Positions 8,426 to 15,619 of a stretch of 20,409 bases of DNA are shown in pieces. Numbering within the stretch: position 1 is the stretch's first letter; each line of letters starts with the position of its first letter. The stretch comes from a virus (Duplodnaviria > Heunggongvirae > Uroviricota > Caudoviricetes), in IMG/VR virus record IMGVR_UViG_2795385649_000011; one strand, 5' to 3'. The translations under genes were made by a program, and so were the position numbers. Below the pieces are notes generated by a model. The model worked only from the letters and a program-made list of their open reading frames with translations. It searched no databases and was not told the origin of the DNA.

Positions 8426-8878
8426 CTAACAACCGGCAGCGGCGGCCAGATCCTGCTCCCGTGGTGTCCGGTTGTCGGGCGAGGTGGCGCATGCTCGGTC
8501 CACGTCCCGGCCGCCCTGATTGTTGTTGGACTGCGCCTGGTTAACCCTCTCTAGACGGGTGGGGCACACGTAACGCATGCCCCGGCGGACAATAGACATG
8601 GTGCCGTCGGTGTCGGCGGCGATCATCGACTCGAACTCGTCGACGGTCTTGTCGCAGTTGCTCACCGTCAGCTCGTAGAGGCGTGCCATGTCGGGTGATG
8701 CCTCCGGGCTGGCGGCAAGTATCTCGGCTCTCCAGCCCTCCACGTCGACCGACGTCTGGGGCAGTATCGCCGGTTTTTGTGCAGCGGATGTAGTTGGCGT
8801 CTTCTCCGCCGGTGCACCGCCGCACCCCGCCATCGCAGCCGCTGCCACCACGATGCATAGCCCCCGCCTAATTCTCAT
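8426..8878 (-). CDS. Lipoprotein (150 aa)
   Basis: Basic N-terminus, hydrophobic stretch, lipobox-like AMAG-C, P/T/A-rich tether; TAGAGT -10 (8890-8885) 6 nt before the ATG. Confidence 0.8.
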   Translation of the reverse strand: MRIRRGLCIVVAAAAMAGCGGAPAEKTPTTSAAQKPAILPQTSVDVEGWRAEILAASPEASPDMARLYELTVSNCDKTVDEFESMIAADTDGTMSIVRRGMRYVCPTRLERVNQAQSNNNQGGRDVDRACATSPDNRTPREQDLAAAAGC

Positions 8879-8932
8879 GGCGGAACTCTAAACCGGGGCA
8901 GCCGATGTAGTGGAGCCTTGACGGCCAGCCCC

Positions 8933-8966
8933 TCGACATAGCGTATAGCACACTATACGTTCAAGC
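8933..8966 (+). promoter_or_regulatory. SigA-like promoter with palindromic operator between -35 and -10
   Basis: TCGACA (8933-8938) -17 bp- TACGTT (8956-8961); CGTATAG-CACA-CTATACG palindrome at 8942-8959. Confidence 0.7.
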
Positions 8967-9000
8967 GAAATTCTCAGCGAACACAAAGGAAGGCTCCATC

Positions 9001-9309
9001 ATGTCAATTGCAAGCACTGCAATCGCACTGACCTCGGACGAGCTGGATATGGTCAACCGCTCCATGCTGGCTCACGAACCACACTCGGATGTACGCCCGG
9101 CATTCGACTGGGTGGGCCGCGGCCACCGGCCGCCGTGCCTTGCCTACCGCGGTGACCGGGTAGTCGAGTTCGGATACGAGGTCGCTGTCGTCCTCGCGGC
9201 CAGGCGGGGAGGTGACGACGTTTACGCGATCCGCCGGGCCATCGAATCCCTTGGGCCGTGCCACCGCCAAGGTCGCATCCACTTTTGGCCCGGTGTGATC
9301 CCCACCTGA
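9001..9309 (+). CDS. Hypothetical protein (102 aa)
   Basis: Strong RBS AAAGGAAGG, own promoter, followed by terminator. Confidence 0.7.
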   Translation: MSIASTAIALTSDELDMVNRSMLAHEPHSDVRPAFDWVGRGHRPPCLAYRGDRVVEFGYEVAVVLAARRGGDDVYAIRRAIESLGPCHRQGRIHFWPGVIPT

Positions 9310-9325
9310 ACTTCCGGTTACTGAT

Positions 9326-9355
9326 AACCCCCGCCCTAAATGGGCGGGGGTTTCT
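9326..9355 (+). terminator. Rho-independent terminator
   Basis: AACCCCCGCCC-TAAAT-GGGCGGGGGTT perfect 11-bp stem followed by T-rich tract. Confidence 0.8.
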
Positions 9356-9375
9356 CATTTCATTCCTGTTCATGC

Positions 9376-9410
9376 TTGCTTAAAACGTATAGTGCGCTAT
9401 ACATTCAAGC
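9376..9410 (+). promoter_or_regulatory. SigA-like promoter with the same palindromic operator
   Basis: TTGCTT (9376-9381) -18 bp- TACATT (9400-9405); GTATAG-TGCG-CTATAC at 9387-9402 followed by ATTCAAGC. Confidence 0.7.
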
Positions 9411-9444
9411 TATCAGTAAGGCAAACGCAAACCAGGAGGAACCC

Positions 9445-10629
9445 ATGACCGCTCCAACACTGCCCGCAGTGCCCGCCCGCACCCTGCGCAACGCCAACGT
9501 CGGCGACCTCATCACGCTGCTGGAGCAGCAGCACCGCCAGAAGGTGGACGTCGTCATGCCCGTCTCTGATGTCCGTTTCACCAGCGGCAACCTCGTCATC
9601 TCGGATCAGGCACCCGACATCAACGACGAAGGCGTCACCGACTTCAACGGGACCTACCGGATGACCGACCGCTCCGACAGCCAGCTCGGCGACGTCCTCG
9701 ACATCCCCACCCGCTACGTCCGCAAGCTGCGCGCACAGCACCTGGAGCTGATGGACACCAACGTCAACGAGCTGGCTCGGGTCCACGACCCCGCCAAGAA
9801 GGTCCTCGTGCGCATGCTGTCCGGCAGCGACCCCATGTACCCGGGCACCCACGGCATCGTCCGCGCCGTGCTGTCCGATCGGTACGGCATCCGCGACAAC
9901 CTAGACACCGTGCTCGCGCTGCTCGACGGCATGCGCGCGGCCGGTCTCGGCGCCCAGCACATCCGCGGCGCTGACCTGTCCGACGAGCGGCTGTACCTGC
10001 GGGTCACCGCACCCGAGCTGGAGGTCGTCGCACCCAAGCTGCTGGAGGGCTACCGCTCACCCTGGGCAGGCACCGCGCACGGAGGCGAAGCTGCCAACAC
10101 TCTGCCGGTCGTCTACGCCGGAATGCTGGTCACCAACAGCGAGACCGGCGGCGGCGCACTGACCATCACCCCAGAGCTGCGCATCAGGATCTGCGACAAC
10201 GGCCTCACCATCAACGCCGACGCCATGCGCAAGATCCACCTGGGCAAGAAGCTCGACGACGGCAAGGTGAACTGGTCGGCCGACACGATCGACGCCGCCA
10301 ACGACCTGATCAAGAAGCAGGTCCGTGACGCCGTCGCGTCCTTCATGAACGTCGACTACGTGAAGACCGCTATCGAGAAGCTGGAGGAGACCAGCGGCAC
10401 CCCGCTCACCGCACCGGCTGACGTGATCGAGGTCGTGGCCAAGAAGCTGTCCTACAGCCAGGACGAACAGCGCGGCATCCTCGACCACTTCATCAAGGGC
10501 GGCCAGATGACCGCAGGCGGCATCATGCAAGCCGTCACCTCCTACGCCCAACTGATTGCCGACGTCGACCGCTCCAACGAGTTCGCAGCCACCGGTGTGG
10601 ACGCAATGCTCGTGGCCGCCGGTCGCTGA
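9445..10629 (+). CDS. DUF932-like protein (394 aa; start re-called to ATG 9445)
   Basis: RBS GGAGGA at 9435-9440; VRAVLSDRYGIRDN and VTNSETGGGALTITP..RIRICDNG motifs recognised as DUF932-type. Confidence 0.75.
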   Translation: MTAPTLPAVPARTLRNANVGDLITLLEQQHRQKVDVVMPVSDVRFTSGNLVISDQAPDINDEGVTDFNGTYRMTDRSDSQLGDVLDIPTRYVRKLRAQHLELMDTNVNELARVHDPAKKVLVRMLSGSDPMYPGTHGIVRAVLSDRYGIRDNLDTVLALLDGMRAAGLGAQHIRGADLSDERLYLRVTAPELEVVAPKLLEGYRSPWAGTAHGGEAANTLPVVYAGMLVTNSETGGGALTITPELRIRICDNGLTINADAMRKIHLGKKLDDGKVNWSADTIDAANDLIKKQVRDAVASFMNVDYVKTAIEKLEETSGTPLTAPADVIEVVAKKLSYSQDEQRGILDHFIKGGQMTAGGIMQAVTSYAQLIADVDRSNEFAATGVDAMLVAAGR

Positions 10630-10642
10630 CTGCCGTAGGGGC

Positions 10643-10680
10643 GAAGGAGGGCCACCCGGGGGGATGGGTGGCCCTCCTTC
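10643..10680. terminator. Hairpin terminator between convergent genes
   Basis: GAAGGAGGGCCACCC / GGGTGGCCCTCCTTC perfect 15-bp stem, 8-nt loop. Confidence 0.8.
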
Positions 10681-10976
10681 TATTCGGGGTCGACGACCCG
10701 TAGTCTCGGGGGCTTCGGCTCGCTGTCCGGCTCCGCGGCGAGCGCGTCCTGGACGCATTCGGCGATGTGTTCCGCTAACCCCCGGATGACGTCCTCTGTG
10801 ACATACGCCTTGGCTGCGCGCCGCTGAATCCTCATGCGCTCGGCAACAAAATCTACGTGCGCGGAAACGTCCTCGCGGGCCGTGTCTTCACTGATGGACA
10901 GCCCGTATTGCTCACTGAGGGTCTGTTTGAGCAGGTTTGCTCGTGCGTTTAGCCACGGAGACTTACGGGCAGGCAT
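10680..10976 (-). CDS. Hypothetical helical protein (98 aa; start re-called to ATG 10976), C-terminus ...PPRLRVVDPE
   Basis: Start at 10976 removes overlap with the recombinase; TAGGGT -10 located 8 nt upstream. Confidence 0.65.
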   Translation of the reverse strand: MPARKSPWLNARANLLKQTLSEQYGLSISEDTAREDVSAHVDFVAERMRIQRRAAKAYVTEDVIRGLAEHIAECVQDALAAEPDSEPKPPRLRVVDPE

Positions 10977-11001
10977 GCGGCGTAACCCTACCGGCGCCCG
11001 C

Positions 11002-12006
11002 TTAACTTCCGGGGTATAACGGGGGCAATTGATCAGATAGTAATGCCGCCGATGCAATAGCAGTCACCGCAGCAGCCCCACCGGCGACGGCGCTGCCAGC
11101 CCACCTGGCTGCCTTCGCTAGAGGGGGCGGTCCAGAAGAAGCGGCCATCATCGCCGCGCGCTTCTCATCGTCATCTACCGCGGTATACAGCTGAGTAGTA
11201 GCAACCGAGGAATGGCCAAGCAATTCCTGCACGGCACGGATGTCCCGTGTTCCACGGTATGCGCGTGTAGCGAACCGGTGTCGCAACTTATGCATCGTCC
11301 ACACGCCAGGCATTGCGTTCGCGCACAATCGTCCCACCCACCGCGGAGACAGGTGACCGTTGTCGTCCCCGGGGAACAGATATCCGCCGGACCCCAGACC
11401 CGGAGTGTGACCACCAGGTCCCGCGGCCACCATGTCGGCCAGGCCGTCAGAGATAGGTATGGTGCGCTCCTTGCCACCCTTGCCATGCACGACCAGCATG
11501 TATCCCCCGAAACTCTCCAGCAGGTCGTCGGTGTGCACCACGGCGACCTCGCCGCGCCGCAGCCCGGCATCACAGGCCAGATAGAGCATGACCATGGTGC
11601 GGGCGTCGGCCGCCAGAATCGACTCCTTCCACACGCGGTCCGGCGCTGGTTTAGGCGCCGGTGGCTCCGGCGCGACCGTCTCCAACCCGGCCGCCGGGTT
11701 GGACAGCAGGTGGCCCTTGGCGTGCGCCCACCCGAAAAACCCCCGGGTTGTCGTCCGATAACCGCGACGAGTTTCGCGTTGCCAGTGCTTTTGCTTAGCA
11801 AACCAATCGGTGAGAGTTTCCTCAGTCACCGCATCAGGTGCTGCGCCTAGTCCCCGGGCTAATCGATGAAGGTGCGACATGCGTGTCGCGATAGTCGTTC
11901 GCGGGCTACCGTCCGCCTCCATAGCGGTGCGGTACTTCGCGATAATCCCCTGCCATTCTGGTGGCGCCGGTAACGGCGCCGGTCCAGTCCCCCTTGTAGT
12001 TGTCAT
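11002..12006 (-). CDS. XerC/D-like tyrosine recombinase lacking an arm-binding domain (334 aa; start re-called to ATG 12006)
   Basis: Full catalytic set: GLRRGE (R), HGKGGK (K), HKLRH (HxxR), LLGH (H), TQLY (Y); SAM-like N-terminal region. Confidence 0.9.
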   Translation of the reverse strand: MTTTRGTGPAPLPAPPEWQGIIAKYRTAMEADGSPRTTIATRMSHLHRLARGLGAAPDAVTEETLTDWFAKQKHWQRETRRGYRTTTRGFFGWAHAKGHLLSNPAAGLETVAPEPPAPKPAPDRVWKESILAADARTMVMLYLACDAGLRRGEVAVVHTDDLLESFGGYMLVVHGKGGKERTIPISDGLADMVAAGPGGHTPGLGSGGYLFPGDDNGHLSPRWVGRLCANAMPGVWTMHKLRHRFATRAYRGTRDIRAVQELLGHSSVATTQLYTAVDDDEKRAAMMAASSGPPPLAKAARWAGSAVAGGAAAVTAIASAALLSDQLPPLYPGS

Positions 12007-12206
12007 TAGAGCGGAACCGTAAATCCAAGTTGAAAATCCACAGATACTTCCAAGGGGTTTGTTATCAAACTGCAAGTTCGGATCACCTGGCAGGCGAATT
12101 TGGCAAACATCGTTAACCACATTTCCGGCTCTACGCGGCCGCAGTGTCGGGCAGAGGCGCGCGTCGCCTGCTGCGGCGCTCGGCTAGGTCTGTAGGCTCG
12201 GTGTCG

Positions 12207-12286
12207 ATGCAGGTCAACGGGTTTCGAACTACTGACCAGAAGGTTAGGGGTTCGAATCCCTTCGGGCGCACCATCAATGCAGGTCA
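12207..12286 (+). repeat. Direct repeat ATGCAGGTCA flanking the att core (possible integrase arm-type/accessory sites)
   Basis: Identical 10-mers at 12207-12216 and 12277-12286. Confidence 0.55.
12228..12273 (+). tRNA. 3' half of a tRNA (probably tRNA-Arg), not a functional gene; attachment-site core
   Basis: T-arm AGGGG-TTCGAAT-CCCTT, acceptor strand CGGGCGCA and CCA end; no 5' half/D-arm upstream; matches my recollection of mycobacterial tRNA-Arg(ACG) 3' end from 12237 onward. Confidence 0.8.
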
Positions 12287-12293
12287 GTGGCTT

Positions 12294-13526
12294 TCAGTCC
12301 TCCCCGACAACTCGCAATCTAGGCACCGTTCGGTCTTTATTCGGTGAAAATGGGTTCAGCTTCTCCAGCGTCTCGGTGTAGTCGCCCGCGTCCTGAGCCT
12401 TGTTGATGTAGTGCTTTCGGGTTACATCGGGGGAACTGTGCCCGAGCTGTTTGGATGCAGCTTCGGCTCCGTGCTCCCGCTCGATTTCCGTCGATGTCGT
12501 CTTACGGAAGGTGCGCGGCGTTACCCACTTGTAGTCGTCCCCACGGATTTCCCGCCAAGAACGGTTCACGTTGTTGACGTACCTTGCGGTGCCGTTCCGA
12601 GTCGGGAACACCAAGTCGAAAGGGAGACCCCTGGTGCGCTGGCGCAACAGTTCCTCCCGAGCCCACTCGGGCAACTTCACCGTCCGAAACCCGCTTGCGG
12701 TCTTCGGGAGGGGTTTGCGCCTGCCCTTGCTGACCGTGCCGCTGATCGTCACCTCGGCGGGACGGGTTTTGTCGTCTAGGTGACTGATATCAAGCCATTG
12801 GATCGCCAGGACTTCCCCAGTGCGCTCGCCGGTCGCTAGGAGCAGCGCCACGATAGTCGTCATGTCCACGCCGCGCGCGGGGCCGCCCTTGCCAGGCTTC
12901 CGCGCCTGCCACTTGAGCGTCCGATCCATGAGAATCCGCGCGTCTTCGGGCGTGAGGGTGCGCTTGTCGGTCGGTTTGGGCACAGGCTTCTCCGCCTCAC
13001 GGACGGGGTTGTACTTCAGCAGTCCCCACCGGACAGCCATCGCACACGCCTGGGAGCACACCGTGCGGATGTGCTTCTCCCGCGCCGTGACCGTCGATAG
13101 GTAGCCGTCCATGCGCTGGGTGTCCAGCTCACGCAGCGTGACCTCTCCGATCCCAGGACGGACGAACTTGTCGGAGGCTTCGCGGTACTTCTCGATGGTC
13201 TCGCCGTCCAGCAGCCCCTTCACCCGTTCGGTTGCGTCCTCGGGGCGGCGGCGTTTCTGCAGGCCCTCCAGCCAGCGGTCGAGCAGCACGTTGACGGTGC
13301 TGTCCTCGGTGAGGCTGTCCCGCAAGCCGCCGCGTTTCTGTCGGTCTATGAGCTTCGCCTTGAGCCGTGCCTTCGCTTTCGCTTCTGTCACGTCGGTAGC
13401 GGTAACAGGACGTGGTACCCCGTCAACGTCACGAAAGCGGGTCTCTGCCAGGAACTTTCCGTTCTTGGTGCGACGTGCGGTGATGTTGCCGTAAGTGCCT
13501 ATATCGAGGCGCGGGCGTCCTGCCAT
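12294..13526 (-). CDS. int: Tyrosine integrase with N-terminal arm-binding domain (410 aa; start re-called to ATG 13526)
   Basis: ATGERTGEVLA (R), PKTASGFR (K), TPRTFRKT, LGHS, RKHY (Y); TGATG coupling to repressor; adjacent to att. Confidence 0.93.
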   Translation of the reverse strand: MAGRPRLDIGTYGNITARRTKNGKFLAETRFRDVDGVPRPVTATDVTEAKAKARLKAKLIDRQKRGGLRDSLTEDSTVNVLLDRWLEGLQKRRRPEDATERVKGLLDGETIEKYREASDKFVRPGIGEVTLRELDTQRMDGYLSTVTAREKHIRTVCSQACAMAVRWGLLKYNPVREAEKPVPKPTDKRTLTPEDARILMDRTLKWQARKPGKGGPARGVDMTTIVALLLATGERTGEVLAIQWLDISHLDDKTRPAEVTISGTVSKGRRKPLPKTASGFRTVKLPEWAREELLRQRTRGLPFDLVFPTRNGTARYVNNVNRSWREIRGDDYKWVTPRTFRKTTSTEIEREHGAEAASKQLGHSSPDVTRKHYINKAQDAGDYTETLEKLNPFSPNKDRTVPRLRVVGED

Positions 13527-13945
13527 CAGCTCTTCCCTTTGTATGTCCACACGGGGTTGGATTGGCGGCGGAAGGTTTCCCGGTCGTAGTCGTCGAGCAG
13601 GTCGTCAGTGATGGAGCGCTCTCCGCGCAACCACAAGTACATGTCTTCTGCACGCTCGGGGCTGGTGCCGGACAGCGTCACTTGCGCGTCCGGATCCTCG
13701 GACTCGGGTGTGAGCAGAGCCAGGGGGCTGACTGACATCGCGGCTGCGAAGGCGGTCAATTGGTCAACGTTGACTCCGCGCCGCCCGTTTTCAATCTCGG
13801 TGATACCGCTGCTGGACATCGGAACACCCTGCGCAGCAACGGAATCCGCAAGAACGCGTGTCGTCGTTTGAGTCAGTTTGCGTAGGCGGGCGAGATTCTT
13901 CCCGACCGCCCAGCTTGTGTAGCGCTCGTTCCCTGCTATCGGCAT
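13526..13945 (-). CDS. XRE-family HTH immunity repressor (139 aa; start re-called to ATG 13945)
   Basis: VGKNLARLRK...TTRVLADSV...MSSSGITEIENGRRGVNVDQLTAFAAAMSVSP; leaderless TATCGT -10 6 nt upstream; co-transcribed with int. Confidence 0.88.
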   Translation of the reverse strand: MPIAGNERYTSWAVGKNLARLRKLTQTTTRVLADSVAAQGVPMSSSGITEIENGRRGVNVDQLTAFAAAMSVSPLALLTPESEDPDAQVTLSGTSPERAEDMYLWLRGERSITDDLLDDYDRETFRRQSNPVWTYKGKS

Positions 13946-13951
13946 GGGCAC

Positions 13952-14024
13952 ACGATAGCACCAGTTGCGCTGTTCTACTTTCCGTGCACTAATCAAAAAT
14001 ATGAGCTATGATACGTTTAACGTA
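13952..14024. promoter_or_regulatory. Divergent repressor/xis control region with palindromic operator
   Basis: Leftward -10 TATCGT (13957-13952); rightward -10 TATGAT (14007-14012); TACGTT-T-AACGTA palindrome 14012-14024; AT-rich. Confidence 0.65.
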
Positions 14025-14043
14025 CCAACGAAAGCAGGGAGAA

Positions 14044-14286
14044 ATGACGAAGGAAACAAAAGAAGAAGCCCGCGACCTGCGGGTTTCCGAAGCGATGGAA
14101 CGAGTCATCGGACAGCCAGCGATTGACCTCGCTGACCTGGCGGTACTCACGGGCGTGCATGTGTCCACCCTGCAACGCGCGGCGACCCGGGGTGACCTGC
14201 CCGTGCCGAGCGCGCGGATCGGGCAACGCTGGATTATCCCGAGCGCTCCCGTGCGCGAGTTGTTGCACCTTGGGGAGGTGGCGTGA
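14044..14286 (+). CDS. Excisionase/Cro-like winged HTH protein (80 aa; start ATG 14044)
   Basis: DLADLAVLTGVHVSTLQRAATRGDLP...RIGQRWIIP pattern of MerR-like excisionases; RBS AGGGAGA; divergent from repressor. Confidence 0.82.
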   Translation: MTKETKEEARDLRVSEAMERVIGQPAIDLADLAVLTGVHVSTLQRAATRGDLPVPSARIGQRWIIPSAPVRELLHLGEVA

Positions 14287-14852
14287 TGGCGCTCGCGATG
14301 ACCTGCGTGGAGAGATTGCTGACAACCGGGATAAACGGGCCGCGCGAGGGCGACGAGGCGCTGTTCGCCGAACTCACCCCGGAGCACCTGCAAGCGGCTT
14401 GGCCGCACGCGGGTGGGCGCTACTGCGGGTGGGCGCGCTTGCTGCGGTGGTGGGCGCAATGGGACACGCTCGCCCTCGTCCGGCTGGACACTCTTGCGAC
14501 GATGGCCGTGCTCGGAGATCCGTTTACCCTCAGTCCGCGTAACGAGAGAACCTGCGGAAAGGAGGTTCAGGAGATTGTGGACGACGCGGTGGCGACGTAC
14601 GCCCGCGTGGAGGAGCTGCTGAGGCGTGGGTACCCGGCGCAGTGGGCGATCAAGACGGCACGCAGCGTGGCCGGAATCGAGCTGCCCGAACTGGTGGTAT
14701 CGGAGATGGTGCGGCGCATGACTCCATCCACGATAGGACAAAACAGTTGGCACGCGACCCCATCCATGAGGGAACCCCAAAGCGTTTGGTATGCACACAG
14801 ATTGGAGGACGACGACGAGCACGTGGGGTGGACTTACGGCGATTGCGATTGA
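14286..14852 (+). CDS. Hypothetical protein (188 aa)
   Basis: TGATG coupling to xis-like gene; globular, Trp-rich composition; no family recognised. Confidence 0.65.
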   Translation: MALAMTCVERLLTTGINGPREGDEALFAELTPEHLQAAWPHAGGRYCGWARLLRWWAQWDTLALVRLDTLATMAVLGDPFTLSPRNERTCGKEVQEIVDDAVATYARVEELLRRGYPAQWAIKTARSVAGIELPELVVSEMVRRMTPSTIGQNSWHATPSMREPQSVWYAHRLEDDDEHVGWTYGDCD

Positions 14853-14947
14853 GGATGGGGTGTTGCCGACCCGCAACGGGTGCGGCACACGGGGCTCGTG
14901 ACCTCGACACCCACGGTGCGTCAACGCCGTTGGCGCACAAGAGAAAA

Positions 14948-14969
14948 CCCCGCCGTTGCAGCGGCGGGG
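14948..14969 (-). terminator. Hairpin, possible minus-strand terminator
   Basis: CCCCGCCG / CGGCGGGG stem with AAAA on its left (U tract on minus strand). Confidence 0.45.
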
Positions 14970-14989
14970 CTCAGCGAGAAAGGGGCGAA

Positions 14990-15181
14990 ATGACCAAGAA
15001 AGAGGATAACACGTGCGAGGTGTGTGGGAAGCCGCTCGACGCGGAGGACTGGTACCCCACCGCGCCGTGGGTGCCCGAGCGCCTAGGCGGCGCTGGACGA
15101 CCTGCCTGTGCCGAGAAGCGCGGCAAGCTGACCGAGGTGCTCGATGAGATGGGAGTCGAGTACAGCATCGCACCGATGTAG
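14990..15181 (+). CDS. Small CxxC-containing protein (63 aa)
   Basis: RBS GAAAGGGG before ATG 14990; MTKKEDNTCEVCGKPLD...; followed by terminator. Confidence 0.62.
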   Translation: MTKKEDNTCEVCGKPLDAEDWYPTAPWVPERLGGAGRPACAEKRGKLTEVLDEMGVEYSIAPM

Positions 15182-15191
15182 CCCACCAACG

Positions 15192-15226
15192 AGAAACCCC
15201 CGGAGGGCAGGTCTCCGGGGGTTTCT
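15192..15226. terminator. Bidirectional Rho-independent terminator
   Basis: AGAAACCCCCGGAG / CTCCGGGGGTTTCT perfect 14-bp stem. Confidence 0.82.
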
Positions 15227-15301
15227 TCATATCCCTGACCAGCTCGGGGACGTTCACCCACCTCGATTGCCCTTCCCTCTCAGCGTCTCTAGCGTCGAGG
15301 C

Positions 15302-15619
15302 ATGTCCGAAACACCCACCGTCCGAGGTCATCTGATGGCTCTCGCCGAACTGTTCGATGAACCGCAACACCTCAATGGACCCGACGCCGAGCACTGTTCG
15401 GCAGGTGATCACCCCGTCGAGTGGGCAGTCCTGACCACGGGCTGGTCTCAGGTTCTCGACGCTGCTCGAACTATCCAGTCCCGCCACGAGTCGGACAGCC
15501 GAGATCCCGTGCTGGTCATGTGTGCCGATGCCGCACGTGAAGCGGCAGTGGGGGAATTGCGTTGGTACTGGGCGAGGCTCGTGCACAAGTTCGTTGAGGC
15601 GGTGGGAGTCGATGTCTGA
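15302..15619 (+). CDS. Hypothetical protein (105 aa)
   Basis: GAGG RBS, normal composition, in line with downstream genes. Confidence 0.6.
   Translation: MSETPTVRGHLMALAELFDEPQHLNGPDAEHCSAGDHPVEWAVLTTGWSQVLDAARTIQSRHESDSRDPVLVMCADAAREAAVGELRWYWARLVHKFVEAVGVDV

Larger units (their letters stand above)
1..12273. mobile_element. Temperate phage/prophage, late and accessory region (extends beyond left edge), ending at a tRNA-derived att site
   Basis: Co-oriented, translationally coupled tail-type and lysis genes (lysin A, lysin B, holin), accessory toxin cassette, and a tRNA 3' fragment at 12228-12273. Confidence 0.88.

Noticed and set aside
9326-9352. IS200/IS605-type end hairpin or TnpB RNA remnant
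   Set aside because: Hairpin resembles such ends superficially but no tnpA/tnpB is nearby; position after a stop codon fits a terminator
12007-12125. dif-like site in the AT-rich region upstream of the Xer-like recombinase
   Set aside because: Only a 5-bp-arm palindrome (12057-12070) and AATCCA repeats; no convincing 11-6-11 dif architecture
12228-12273. Functional tRNA gene
   Set aside because: No 5' acceptor strand or D-arm upstream; only the 3' half is present
13989-15314. 441-aa minus-strand ORF
   Set aside because: Arg/Pro/Ser-rich low-complexity translation crossing three well-supported plus-strand genes and terminators
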